Assembly (NCBI RefSeq): GCF_006345805.1
Contig: NC_043011.1
Span: forward strand, 53,828,464-53,892,463
Source of the DNA: Octopus sinensis
Taxonomy: Eukaryota
Reading direction: 5' to 3'
Length of the DNA: 64,000 bases
In this document: positions 38,041 to 51,240 of the stretch, piece by piece
How the letters are laid out: each line of letters starts with the position of its first letter
Position numbering within the stretch: position 1 is the stretch's first letter
Notes under the pieces: model-generated
What the model saw: the letters and a program-made list of their open reading frames with translations, nothing else
Database searches by the model: none
What the model was told of the DNA's origin: nothing
Program-made: the position numbers and the translations under genes

Positions 38041-38556
38041 CATGTGTGTGTGTATGTGATTTTCTCTGGTGATTTTACTGTAGTTCTGAAATAATATTGT
38101 TGTTGTTGTTGTTTTGGTTGTTGTTGGAGAGTTCCAAGCAGCCTTGACCTCATCTTCCTGGAAAGAAGGGAAGAAAGGATTCACTATATTAAATATGCAA
38201 ACCCCTACAGTATGCCTATTTGGTATGCAGAACGCTCCCCCTGGTTTCTTTACACTCAGCCTTATTGTTGGTATTCATAATCAGTGTCACAGCATTCTCT
38301 CTTTCTCTCTCTCTCTCTCTCTCACTCTTTCCTTCTAGGTGCAGGCATGGTGCTGCCCCCTCCAACTGCAGCTTCTCCTTCATTCCAGTAACCTTACTCA
38401 CAGCATGCAACCGTTTCACTTAATATCTACCCTTCATCCTTATACTGTCCTCTCCACCTGCATTTTACATTGATCACTCCACTGATCCACAAAGTTATCT
38501 CTCCTTCTCCACCACCCTGTCTCTCACTTTCCCCCACACTTTCCCCACTCTTTCCC

Positions 38557-38684
38557 CACACTCTATGCTTACTTCTTACTCCCACCCACACTCTATGCTT
38601 ACTTCTTACTCCCACCCACACTCTATGCTTACTTCTTACTCCCACCCACACTCTATGCTTACTTCTTACTCTCACCCACACTCT
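38557..38684. repeat. 30-bp tandem repeat (CACACTCTATGCTTACTTCTTACTCCCACC) x4.3
   Basis: Copies are identical except for one substitution. Confidence 0.95.
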
Positions 38685-39241
38685 GGCAACAACATTTTCT
38701 CTCTTTCTCTTTCTATCTCTCTCTCACTCTCTCTTTCCATATCTACTGCATCGGCATTAGTATTCTCCTATTCTTCACTCTGCTGCTTCATTTGACACTC
38801 CAGTTTATCCACCCCTTCAGCACTTGCTCCTCGTTCATTATATTCATACCCTCTTCATCTATCTCCCATCTATCACACAGTGATAGATGTGGAATGGATG
38901 AAGCGCGTATGAACTTAATGCAACCTCTACCTACTTATACTCCTGCTTCCTCACTTCTTTATCACTTCTACTCACCTCATACACCCAGGGTCCATCCTGG
39001 GTCTATTATCTCTTCCTGACTCCACCTCCACACATCCCCACCTTCTGCTTTACGATATGAGTGACCATGCAGCTTCTCTATGACAAACAACCTGTTCTAC
39101 TCTGACCCCTTTTCTTATACTTTAACTCCTTGTCCTCTGGCATAAAACCCGCTTTTCTTGGGGTTCATAGTCTTGCAAACTGCATGGTGACCTCACTAAT
39201 GCTGGAGCTACAGAAAAGCAGCACCCAGTATACACTGCAAA

Positions 39242-39470
39242 GGCGGCGAGCTGGCAGAAACGTTAGCACGCCGGGGGAAATGCTTAGCGGTATTTCTGCG
39301 TTACGTTGTGAGTTCAAATTCCGCCGAGGTCGACTTTGCCTTTCATCCTTTCGGGGTCGATAAATTAAGTACCAGTTACGCACTGGGGTCGATGTAATCG
39401 ACTTAATACCTATGTCTGTCCTTGTTTGTCCGCTCTGTGTTTAGCCCCTTGTGGGTAATAAAGAAATAAG
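39242..39470 (+). mobile_element. SINE family B, full length (others: 40658-41020 double-headed +, 42615-42843 -, 50548-50780 -, 61570-61765 -)
   Basis: Same head, core and tail as 34240-34468. Confidence 0.9.
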
Positions 39471-39640
39471 TATACACTGCAAAGTGGTTGGCATTACGAA
39501 GGGCCTCTAGCCATAGAAACTATGCCAAAGCAGACATTGGAGCACAATGCAATCCTTGGACCCACTGGATCCAGTCAAACCATCCAACCCATGCTCATAT
39601 AGAGCATGGATGTTGAATGACAATGATGAGAATAGTGATT

Positions 39641-39678
<38 letters not shown>

Positions 39679-39925
39679 ATATATATATATATATATGCAT
39701 GTGCATAAAAGGACCCGCCTGGTGTCACGTAAAAGCACCCTGCACACTCTGAAAAGTGGTTGGTATCAGGAAAAGCATCCAGTCATAGGTACCATACCAA
39801 ATCAGACTGGAGTCTGGTGCAGCTTCTCAGCTTGTCAGCTCTGGTCAAACAGTCCAACCCATGCCAGCATGGACAACAGATGTTAAATGATGATGATGAT
39901 GGTGGTGATGATGATGATGATGATG

Positions 39926-39962
<37 letters not shown>

Positions 39963-39963
<1 letters not shown>

Positions 39964-40205
39964 TGGAGGGAGGATGCAGATGTCTTTAAAATAAAACTGG
40001 ATCTCTTCCTGTCAGGTGTCCCAGATGAACCAACTTCACGGCAGGAGGTGCAGATGAGGGCAGCTGCATTGAACTCTCTCATGCACCAAATGGCATTTGC
40101 TAAAAAGCATTCGTGAAGTAAAATCATGTAGCAACACGAAATGGCGGTGCCCCAGCATGGCCACAGCTCGTGAGCTGAAACTAGATAAAATAAAATAAAA
40201 TAAAA
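39963..40205 (+). mobile_element. CR1/L2-group LINE 3' end
   Basis: FKIKLDLFLSGVPDEPTSRQEVQMRAAALNSL; homologous to 46135-46470. Confidence 0.8.
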
Positions 40206-41149
40206 TAGATAAAATTGTTGTATTTCGGGATGATTTTTTTTTTTTGCTTGCCAAATAAACATACACACTATATATTTTTTTTCTTCACTCATTTATTACT
40301 GTTCTTCTTTTATTATTTTAACTCATGTCCATTGTCTGGAAATCTTTCGTCACACACCTATGACCTCTTCAGCGACACTGTTTGTTCTTGCTCCCCTTAT
40401 TCCATATATATATGGGGGAGCCACCCATCAAAGACAACACGAGAGTTCAGCTTTAACTGAATGACCTGCACAAATGATTTGTTTATAGGGATCAAATGAG
40501 AGAGAAGCAAGGCCTTGAAGATAAGATAAATCAGTGAAGTCAGATCTGAGAATTTTAGGTCTTGGAGACAAAAATTCCATTTAGTTTGATAAAATAGAAA
40601 TAGAAAAATTGTGTGTAGAACAGACTTAGCCAATCTATGGGCAAGTAATTGGTATCCAAGGTGGTGAGCTGGCAGAATCGTTAGCACACTGGGCGAAATG
40701 CTTAGCAGTATTGCGTCTGCCGTTATGTTCTGAGTTCAAATTCCACTGAGGTCGACTTTGCCTTTCATCCTTTCAGGGTCGATTAAGAAGGTGGTGAGGT
40801 GGCAGAAGCATTAGCACACCGGGCGAAATGCTTAGCGGTATTTCGTCTGCTGTTAAGTTCTGAGTTCAAATTCCGCCGAGGTCGACTTTGTCTTTCATCC
40901 TTTCGGGGTCGATGAATTAAGTACCAGTTATGCACTGGGGTTGATGTAATCGACTTAATCCCTTTGTCTGTCCTTGTTCGTCCCTTCTATGTTTAGCCCG
41001 TTGTGGGCAATAAAGAAATAAGTAATTGGTATTCTGTAGGTTACGAGGATGAGGGTTCCGGTTGATCTGATCAACAGAATAAACCTCCTCCCCCCCCTTC
41101 CTCCTCCCCCTCCCTCCTCCCTTTTCCTGCCCCCTCCTCCACTGGCCAC

Positions 41150-41480
41150 GATTTCACTTACCTTGACATGTTTTCTCAAGCACAGCAAATTGCTAGAAGT
41201 CTCAGCCACTTGTCGTTGCCTCTGCGAGACTCAACAACCAAAGATTACATTTCACCACCTTGACCCATATCTTCCAGGTTCCCTCCACAGTTAGATAGAG
41301 ATTGGTAACTTCTTTACGCAGCTGTCCTCATCCATATTCCGCACACGACCCTACCGACACAGTCTTCTCTCTTGCACACTACATCTCAATGCCTTTCATA
41401 CTCAATTTTCCTCTTAAAACACATATACTCTATTGTACATGCACACTGATATTACCCATCCAGTGGAGCATGCTGGCTTC
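41150..41480 (-). mobile_element. RTE LINE 3' fragment, decayed
   Basis: LRGKLSMKGI..; pattern follows LREKLGIR..RRLRWYGHV..GRGRPRKTW..DRDLWR with frameshifts. Confidence 0.6.
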
Positions 41481-41859
41481 ATTTCTTTCAAGCCTTGCAT
41501 ATCCCCTGTAATCACAGCCCATATTACACTGCCATGTAGCATTGCTGTTCATACAGAAGCATGGCTGTTCATATGCAAGCATGTGTATGAGCCGCCAATA
41601 ATAAAATAAACAGCACTCGTAAACTGATTATGTATCTAATCTTTAGGAAAGGAGATTTTATTCTATGTGTACCATTTTAAACTTTTATAGTAATCTACAG
41701 TGCATGGAAGAAGATGCTAAAAATCATCTGACGCAGCATCGGATTTTAAAAAGTGTTATTATATAATAAATGTGTATTATAAATGATTTGATATAGAGTT
41801 GGGTGTACATTAGCACCAGTGAGAAGCATTAAAAGTACTCAAGTTTTCTAAACGTGACT

Positions 41860-42035
41860 GGTGCAGGCATGGACGTGTGGTAAGAAATTTGCTTCCCAGC
41901 CACATGGTTTTGGGTTCAGTCCCACTGCATGGCACCTTGGGCAAATGTGTTCTACTATAGCCATAGGCTGATCAAAACCTTGTGATTGGACTTGGTAGAC
42001 AGAAACTGAAAAAAGCTTGTCATATACATATATAT

Positions 42036-42067
<32 letters not shown>

Positions 42068-42438
42068 GGCGCAGGAGTGGCTGTGTGGTAAGTAGCTTGC
42101 TTACCAACCACATGGTTCCGGGTTCAGTCCCACTGTGTGGCACCTTGGGCAAGTGTCTTCTACTATAGCCTTAAGCCGACCAAAGCCTTGTGAACGGATT
42201 TAGTAGATGGAAACTGAAAGAAGCCTGTCGTATATATATATATATATATATGTGTGTGCACATGTTTGTGTGTCTGTGTTTGTTCCCCCAACAATGTTTG
42301 ACAACTGATGCCGGTGTTTGCGTCCCCATAACTTAGCGGTTCAGCATAAGAGACCAATAGAATAAGTACTAGGCTTACAAAGAATAAGTCCTGGGGTTGA
42401 TTTGCTTGACTAAAGGCAGTGCCCCAGCACGGCCACAG
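41860..42438 (+). mobile_element. Two tandem SINE family A copies (5' half 41860-42066, then 42068-42438)
   Basis: The second head GGCGCAGGAGTGGCTGTGTGG starts at the end of the first copy's (TA)n. Confidence 0.88.
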
Positions 42439-43127
42439 ATTTACACACTGTTTCTGTTCCCCAAATTGATGGTTGTAGTAACTGACACATGTCATATGCC
42501 TACAAGGCCATTCAGTGGAATCAAACCTGTGATCTCATGATTGAAGAGCAAAGTCTTTGACCATTGAGCCATTGTTGTCTCTATCATAAGATCAAACTGA
42601 CTCAGACTCACATGATACTTATTTCTTTATTACCCACAAGGAGCTAAACACAGAGGGGACAAACAAGGACAGACATAGGTATTAAGTCGATTACATCGAC
42701 CCCAGTGCGCAACTGGTACTTAATTTATCGACCCCGAAAGAATGAAAGGCAAAGTCGACCTCGGCGGAATTTGAACTCACAACGTAAGGGCAGACGAAAT
42801 ACCGCTAAGCATTTCGCCCAGCGTGCTAACGTTTCTGCCAGCCTCACATGATACTGATCTCTCATCTGTCTCTATATTCCACAGTATTTTATAGTCCCTC
42901 TCAGTTACATTCAGTGTTATCTCTTAGCTGATGGATATATGTCTTAGTGAGCTGACTAATACAATTTTCAATTGTTTCACTGAGTCCAAAGAAAGGTGTC
43001 ACTAATCAGCTCCTCTTTACTTCGCCAGTAGTGTCCAGAAACATGAATCTTTCTTGGTTGTGAAGAAGTGTAGTGGCTCCTGCAGCCATATCTCATATTA
43101 GGATGAAGTCATCAACATTATGTGTTT

Positions 43128-43182
<55 letters not shown>

Positions 43183-43713
43183 TAATATCATGGCTTCTGA
43201 TCTTAACTGATTGGAAGTGTTATCATGTACATTGTTTTGTCTTGGTATAAAAGATGGGCTACAGCAAATATTCTGCTCAATACCACAGATTTGCTTGTCA
43301 GTTGTTTGACCTTAACCAGTTGAGCATGTCCCTTAGTGGCTGACGATATGTGCATCTCTGATCACGAGTAGAAGTAGTGGGGGAGCATCATAGCCATGTG
43401 TTGAGAGGGATTCTTTGGGGTTTGAATAATTCACCTCTGGAAACATGGGTGGTTCTTTCAACATCCTTAAACAATCCTTATTCAGGGACCTTTTGAGCAG
43501 GATGGGCTACTCAACCTGAAGAAAATTCTAACTAGGCCCCACCTGCAAGGTCATGTGCTGTTTATCTTGATATGAGATCACCATGTCACGCACATATGGT
43601 TGTGATGCATGTGCCTGGTGTACCCTTATCAGACGGGTAGTCATGATGGGTATATTGGGCTTCGTATATTTTACCCCAGTGTCACTTTGATGGCATGAAC
43701 TGCTCTCTCACTC

Positions 43714-43714
<1 letters not shown>

Positions 43715-43747
<33 letters not shown>

Positions 43748-43755
43748 TAATAATA

Positions 43756-43806
<51 letters not shown>

Positions 43807-44300
43807 AATTATTGTATACAGTGCTCAGGTGCACCACAATTTGTCAAAAGTGCGTATAAAGCATATGCAGTAATGTACAAATGTCTGGGAAGTAAACAGT
43901 GTATGAGCCAGATACATGCTTGCGTGTGTATGGAGGGGAGAAAATCAGGTGTAGTGTTGGTGAATCTCAGGAAGCATGGAAGTTTTGAAGGATGCAGTGC
44001 TCCGACAACTAACAACTGATGCCGGCAGTTTGTTCCATACTTCAGGAACTCTTAGCGTGAAAAAATGTTTCCGAAAGTCATGGGAGCTGTGCTGTTTTCT
44101 GACTTTGCAAACATGTCCACGGGTGTTAGACAGGTGGAGTTTGAAAAAGTTCTCTGAGTTATTGTTTTGTTATTGTAGAGGCTGAGTATCTGGATAGGGT
44201 ATGAATAAGAAAAGTGCAAAGACGTCTCCTTGTACAACACCAGTAATAAAGCTGAAAAATTCTGTCTCTCTTTTGAGTGAATGATAATCAGCATGTATAT
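43715..44300 (-). mobile_element. CR1-like LINE 3' end with (ATT)n tail
   Basis: GHVCKVRKQHSSHDFRKHFFTLRVPEVWNKLPASVVSCRSTASFKTSML. Confidence 0.85.
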
Positions 44301-44319
44301 TTTTTTTTAGAGCATCAGT

Positions 44320-46130
44320 ATTTCATCTGCTTTTTCTTCAGGGATTCCATAGGTCAAGGAATTTGTTGCATCTTACTTTGGTGAACCGAATCAAAGACTT
44401 TTAAGAAATCTATGAATGACAAAATGACAGGAAGATTCATTGCTCAACAACACTCTGACAGTTAATATTCGACCAGTTGTGATTCCCTCTGAACCGATTT
44501 TTATTCCTTTGAAGAATTTTTCTCAAGCTCCAGCACAATGTGGTGGTGTATCATTATGTCATACAGTTTTAGCAGTTAAGGTAATATTCCTGTAATCCTG
44601 CACTAAACCAAAGCCATATTTTTTTTTTTTTTTTAGGATAAAAGGGGTTATGACTTTGTGTTCGTTTATTGACTGAACTTTGTTGACCATCAAAGAATTA
44701 TTTCCTTAAATGCCTCAGTTCTTTAGTCTTCAAAAACACTCTACAGTTTGTCTGACAATTAATTTTTGACCAGTTGTTGAGTGATTCTTTGCGAACCGAT
44801 TCTTATTCCTTTGAAGAATTTTTCTCAAGCTCCAGCTGAATGTGATGGTTTATCATTATGTCATATGGTTTTAGCCGCAGTAGCTGTTACGTTAATATTC
44901 CTGTAATTCTGTACCAAGCCAAAGTCATCTTTTTGCTGGGAGTGAGGGGTGGGATTAGCGTGGATGTAAAAGAGGTTGCAGCATTGAGTTCATTTATTGA
45001 TTGAACTTTGTTGACCATCAGAGAATTATGTCTTTAAATACCTCGGTTCCTCAGTTTTCAGTGTGTATGCTATTTGTCCACGCTATGAGAATTTCTGTTT
45101 TGAATTTTCCGAGCCTCTGTTAATTCATCTGCTGTGAAACTATCCTCTTTGATATTCAGCTTGTAGCTTACAATTGTTTCTACAAGTTCGTCAGTAAATG
45201 GTAGGAAGTTTCCTAATACGATTCTGAAAGTGGTCTCTCTATTGGTTGAAGTGACCCTATTGGTCTGAGGCTTTTAATTTTGCTTAATATGTCTTTTTCT
45301 GGCAACTAATTTCACTAACAATCTGCCATACTAAGCAGGACTCTTTTACTCTCTTACTCATTTACTTGTTTCAGTCATTTGGCTTTGGCCATGCTGGAGC
45401 ACCACCTTTAGTCGAAGAAATCGGCTCCAGGACTTATTCTTTGTAAGCCTAGTACTTATTCTATCGGTCTCTTTTGCCGAACCGCTAAGTTACGGGGACG
45501 TAAACACACCAGCATCGGTTCTTAAGCGATGTTGGGGGACAAACACACACACATATACATATATACGATGGGCTTCTTTCAGTTTCCGTCTACCAAATCC
45601 ACTCACAAGGCTTTGGTCGGCCCGAAGCTATAGTAGAAGACACTTGCTCAAGGTGCCACTCAGTGGGACTGAACCCAGAACCATGTGGTTGGTAAGCAAG
45701 CTTCTTACCACACAGCCACTCCTGCTGTTGACTATCAGTAGAATATACAATGAACCAGTCCCACTTTTGTTGCTCCTCTTCATACATTTCAATAAATTCT
45801 TAATCTGCTTCTTTTGCTGTAGTTCCTTCTTTTGGTAAGTTGCATGTTATCCATATTGGCTTTCATGTTTCCTTGATAGTTTCATGTTTCTTAATGACCA
45901 CCTCTTCAAGGTGCTCCTCTCTTGATTTTGGGTTCTAGTTGAATACTGCTTGTAGCAACATCACAATATATGATGACGAAATTTTCAAAGGTAGTATTTG
46001 GAGAATTATTACCATTGTCTTTGAATTTGTTTTTGATCTCTTTGATGTATCGATTCCATTATTATATTTTCCCTTCATTGTTAATCAATGTAAACCAACC
46101 ACATTGTAGATTGCCAATGATTTTGAATTC
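44320..46130 (-). mobile_element. RTE-type LINE ORF2 remnants (linker and RT N-terminus), interrupted by SINE A at 45345-45724
   Basis: GLVQNYRNI..TAAK; LEKILQRNKNRFAKNHSTTGQ; YGIPEE; two partly overlapping RT pieces. Confidence 0.75.
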
Positions 46131-46134
46131 AGGA

Positions 46135-46470
46135 GGGTATACAGACTGAAATGAAATGTAACAGATACTGCAACAGCTTGGGTTTCAGAGGACCACAGCT
46201 CTTTAACATCCTCCCTAAATGCCTGAGAGACTTACATGGTGTGGATGTGGGTTTCTTTAAAACTAAACTGGATCTCTTCTTGTCGGGAGTCCCAGATGAA
46301 CCTACCTCACGACAGGAGACACGGATGCGGGCAGCAGCATCGAACTCCCTTGTTGATCAAGTGCCACGTATCAGAGGTGGATTCACAAATTAGTGTAGCT
46401 CACTCAGCGGTGGTGCCCCAGCATGGCCGCGGCCTTTGGGCTAAAACATTTTTAAGGATTTTAAGGATTT
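46135..46470 (+). mobile_element. CR1/L2-group LINE 3' end
   Basis: NSLGFRGPQLFNILPKCLRDLHGVDVGFFKTKLDLFLSGVPDEP..RAAASNSLVDQ*; (TTAAGGA)n-like tail. Confidence 0.85.
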
Positions 46471-46513
46471 AAGATATGATTTTATCATCAGAATGAATCT
46501 TGAAAAACATTTA

Positions 46514-46905
46514 CTCTCTTTTACTTGTTTCAGTCATGTGACTGTGGCCATGCTGGAGCACCGCCTTTAGTCGAAGAAATCGACCCCAGAACTTATTCTT
46601 TGTATGCCGAGTACTTATTCTATCAGTCTCTTTTGCCAAACCGCTAAGTTACGGGGACGTAAACACACCACCATCGGTTGTCAAGCGATGTCGGTGGGGG
46701 GACAAACACAACACACAAACATACACATATATATATATATATACATATATACGACAGGCTTCTTTCAGTTTCCATCTACCAAATCCACTCACAAGGCTTT
46801 GGTCGGCCTGAGGCTATAGTAGAAGACACTTGCCCAAGGTGCCATGCAGTGGGACTGAACCTGGAACCATGTGGTTCGTAAGCAAGCTACTTACCACACA
46901 GCCAC
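46514..46905 (-). mobile_element. SINE family A, full length
   Basis: Reverse complement of the family A consensus. Confidence 0.9.
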
Positions 46906-47559
46906 AGTTAACCACGTTATTTATCTACTTTTGGTTGAGCTTTTGTACTATTTGGGTAAGTGTATATTCATAATTAGCCATTCCTTTTCTGGAAATTAGT
47001 CTTATGAAGGAGAGAATAAGTTATGTCTGTGTTAACTTAACTATGTTTTTTTTTCTATGGTAAATTTGTGAAGTTGTTTAGTTTCCTGTGTAATCACTCT
47101 GTAATATTGCATCATGTCAGAATATCGGAGGAAATTCCAGAATTATGTTATAAATGATATGTCTCATATTGTCAGGGGGTGTATATAGGGGTGGATGGGA
47201 ATGGGGTGTTTGTGAAACTTACCTAGTGGCCAGTAAGCTGATTGGTCAAGAATGAAGTTCTGGAAGTTATGAAGTCACATAATTATTTAGAAAATTCTAA
47301 ATTAATGCATGAGTATATAAGGAGGGCTTAGTCTCCATGTATAGGTGAATGGTAAGCTGGTGTCAGTCAGTGTGAAACCAATTAAGAAAAACCTACATTC
47401 CACAAGATGTGTGTTTTGAAGACACCTAGCTGTGCACAACTTCTTTTCTGTACAAGCTGGCTTGCTGGGCTGGGCTGGTCTGCAGTTTCTTTGCTGCTAA
47501 CTTTTGCTGTTGGAGCTGTTCTGGTGCAGAAGGAAGGTCACATTTTGCAACATTAATAT

Positions 47560-47985
47560 AAAATCCAGCGCCGCCTCAACTGGCTTCTGTGCCAGTGGCA
47601 CATAAAAAGCACCATCCGAACGTAGCCGATGCCAGCGCTGCCTCGACTGGCTCCAGTGCCGGTGGCACATAAAAAGCATCATCCGAACGTGGCCGTTGCC
47701 AGCGCCGCCTTGGCTGGCTTCCATGCTGGTGGCACGTTAAAAGCTCCAACCGATCGTGGCCGATGCCAGACCCCCCTGGCACCTGTGCAGGTGGCACGTA
47801 AAAAGCACCCACTACACTCGCGGAGTGGTTGGCGTTAGGAAGGGCATCCAGCTGTAGAAACTCTGCCAGATCAGACTGGAGCCTGGTGCAGCCCCTGGCT
47901 TCCCAGACCCCAGTTGAACCGTCCAACCCATGCTAGCATGGAAAACGGACGTTAAACGATGATGATGATAATGATGATGATGAAC
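47560..47985 (+). mobile_element. SINE family C with internal subrepeats and (ATG)n tail
   Basis: GGTGGCACRTAAAAAGCACC repeated about 4 times; ends CGTTAAACGATGATGAT. Confidence 0.88.
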
Positions 47986-48309
47986 CATTGAAAATGTTGA
48001 TAAGCTGATTTGTTATATGTGTAAGGGGGGGCTGCAAAGTTCCTTGCCTTGGGTTAAAGAAAATACAGGAGGGTCAGTTAATTATGATTTTGTTCATAAA
48101 CCTTGCCAAAACTGACCTCGTCTGTGCTTGTGCCATGTAAAAAGTGCTATGTCCACTCTGCTGAGTGGTTGGTGTCAGGAAGGGCATCCAGCTGTAAAGA
48201 TCCTGCCAAAACTGTCACAGAAGCCTGGTTCAGTCTTCTGCCTAGCTGGCTCCTGTCAAACCATCCCACCCATGCCAGCATGGAAGGTGGACGTTAAACG
48301 ATGATGATC

Positions 48310-48397
<88 letters not shown>

Positions 48398-48987
48398 TGA
48401 TGATGATTCCCCTCTCAAATTCACACACTTATTGCTGCAGTCCTTCTGTTTTTCAAAACCCTGTAAAAGAACTTGGCCTCCAGCCAGGCCTTTCACAACG
48501 TCCTTAAAGCCAGCAACTTTTCAGCACCCCATCATATGTTTGTTATGTTGATTACATACAGTTTATTTCTTCATGTCTCCATCTACGAACAAGACATTGT
48601 GTCTCAGTATTTATTGAGCGAGTGTTGAGAGTTTCTGATCGAAGCCACCAACTTCATTTTCTTGACATTACATGAGATGGATTGCAGCACTTGATCATAG
48701 TTGTGAAAGAATTTCCATTCAAAGTGGTAATTACTATTCTTAGGAGGATCTGTTTAATGACTTGTGTTCTTGTCGGTCGAGAAATATATCTACTCCAATG
48801 ATTATTGCATTAATAAAATTTTTTCCATGTGGAGGTTGACACACAAGTCCAGCCATTACAGACATCATGATGCTTGAGATGTTACTTATCATGAAAGAGT
48901 CAGTATTCTTAAATATATATGACATCCGTTTTAAAGGCAACTGTTCTGACTACTAATTCAGAAAGGTAACTTATAATATTTAGAGTT

Positions 48988-49375
48988 GTGGAGGCGCAAT
49001 GGCCCAGTGGTTAGGGCAGCGGACTCGCGGTCATAGGATCGTGGTTTTGATTCCCAGACCGAGCGTTGTGAGTGTTTATTGAGCGAAAACACCTAAAGCT
49101 CCATGAGGCTCCGGCAGGGGATGGTGGTGATCCCTGCTGTACTCTTTCACCACAACTTTCTCTCACTCCTACTTCCTGTTTCTGTTGTACCTGTATTTCA
49201 AGGGGCCGGCCTTGTCACTCTCTGTGTCATGCTGAATACCCCCGAGAACTACGTTAAGGGTACACGTGTCTGTGGAGTGCTCAGCCACTTACACGTTAAT
49301 TTCACGAGCAGGCTGTTCTGTTGATTCGGATCAACCGGAACCCTCGTCGTCGTAACCGATGGAGTGCTTCCATCC
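48988..49375 (+). mobile_element. tRNA-derived SINE family D
   Basis: TGGCCCAGTGGTTAGG A box and GGTTTTGATTCCC B box. Confidence 0.88.
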
Positions 49376-50944
49376 AATATTTAGAGTGCTTGCATTAAAA
49401 GTAAAAAAAATACCAAGGGACATTTACATTGAAGACATCTAGTTTTACTCGAGACATTTTTGTTCTGAAGCTGATTTCCAGAACACCTTAGAAGCTAATT
49501 TTTTAAACATCTTAGACATCAAACCCTCTGTTGAATACTGTCTTTGTTTGACTGCTTAACAAGTGATATAAGATGAACATGGAGACAGTATTAAAATTAT
49601 GTTTAATCCCCTATTGGTTGAATGGTATTTATGATTATCAATTCTAGAGATGTCAGTACTGGTTCCCTTTCAGAATTATATGTCTCTAGTTAATGTCATT
49701 GATGTTATTCCATCATATAACATCATATAAGCATCACCATTCATCATTGCTCAATTGATTCTTCCTCCAAAATTATACATCTGCTATGTTGCTTCCTAAA
49801 GCTTCTGGTGGCGATCTTCATTTAGTCTAATCCTTCACTTTAGACTTGATGGACTTGGTTAGTCCTATCAGGGACAAAACTGCCATTGGTGCAGCTCTTT
49901 GGGTTGTTGTTTGTTCCTTCTCGAGCCATACCTGGCTCATAAGGGCTGGCTTCCCGGTTTCCTTGGTGCATAGGTTCCCCACTTGGATGGGACGCCAGTC
50001 CATTGCAGGTGAGCTGCAAGATGCAGAGGGAAAGAGTGAGAGAAAGTTGTGGAAAAAGAGTCAGCAGAAGTTCGCCATTACCTTCTGCTGGAGCTGTGTG
50101 GAGCTTAGGTGTTTCGCTCATAAACACACACATCGCCCGGTCTGAATTTCGAACCCGCGATTCCTCGACCATGAGTCCACTGCTTTAACCACTAAGCCAT
50201 GTGCCTCCACAGCTCTTTGGATCATAAGGATCAAGGTAAAAACCATTTGTGGCATTGGCCTGTGTCTATGGTGGTAAGCAACATTTACCCAAATGCCATT
50301 CAATATCAACCTGAAAGACTCCATGGTTGTAAAGCAAACTTCTTAAAGCTTTCATCCATGCTGCATCTGCATTACTGAAGAATTAAGATCAAAGCATACT
50401 GTAAATATAATTATTGTAAATTCATGATCTAAAGTTGGGGGTTAATTATTTGGGAAATTAACTAACATAAGTTGTTCAAATGGCACATGTTGGTAGGGTA
50501 ATTCTTTTTCTGTACAAAGCTCATGGTATAGCCACATTCAAGAAAATATATTTCTTTACTGCCCACAAGGGGCTAAACATAGAGGGGACAAACAAGGACA
50601 GACAAAGGGATTAAGTCGATTACATTGACCCCCCAGTGCATAACTGGTACTTAATTTATCGACCCCAAAAGGATGAAAGGCAAAGTCGACCTCGGCAGAA
50701 TTTGAACTCGGAACGTAACGACAGACGGAATACGGCTACGCATTTCGTCCGGCGTGCTAACGGTTCTGCCAGCTCGCCGAAAATAAAAGAGAACAACACC
50801 ATTGTCAGATAAATGGAAGAAAAAAAAAATTCAAAAACAGCCACCATGACTTCCTGTGCCAATTACTGGCCCTTAAATTTGAAGAAGGGATGTGACTCTG
50901 TTCCATGACTTGAGCCTTTTTTCTGAATCAGAAAGATACACAAC

Positions 50945-51240
50945 TCAACATAGTTTCCATTTCAAGCGTTGCATTTGAAGGAATCAACAGTTAGATTCTT
51001 TGCGTATTGTTGTAAGTACTTCTTCATAGCCACTTCAACCTATTTCTGTCATCAAATTGTTGTCCTCCAAAGACTGTGTTTTATTGGACTGAACAGGTAG
51101 CAGTGAGCAGACACATGAACTGAGCTGCATAGTGATCAGCCCAGTTTGCCCATTGACTGATTTGTTGCCAAAGATCTACGTGGTCATACATTCTGAAGGT
51201 GAAAGTTGATTGTTTCCAGTACCATGTTTGGCCTTTTTTT
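50945..51240 (-). mobile_element. Mariner (DD34D-type) transposase catalytic C-terminus, decayed
   Basis: One frame reads KRPNMVLETINFHLQNV*PRRSLATNQSMGKLG*..SAHCYLFSPIKHSL, then EVAMKKYLQQ..KCNA*NGNYVE (cf. HDNARPH, APSDYHLFGP, KC..NGDYVE). Confidence 0.8.

Noticed and set aside
38079-38222. Overlapping exon candidates on both strands (EDEVKAAWNSP.. on -, LDLIFLERREERIHYIKYANPY.. on +)
   Set aside because: Mutually competing, partly built on (TTG)n, with no homology I can name
48608-48726. Exon-like segment VFIERVLRV...RISIQSG on +
   Set aside because: Needs a frameshift to stay open, and the opposite strand resembles a Tc1/mariner N-terminus
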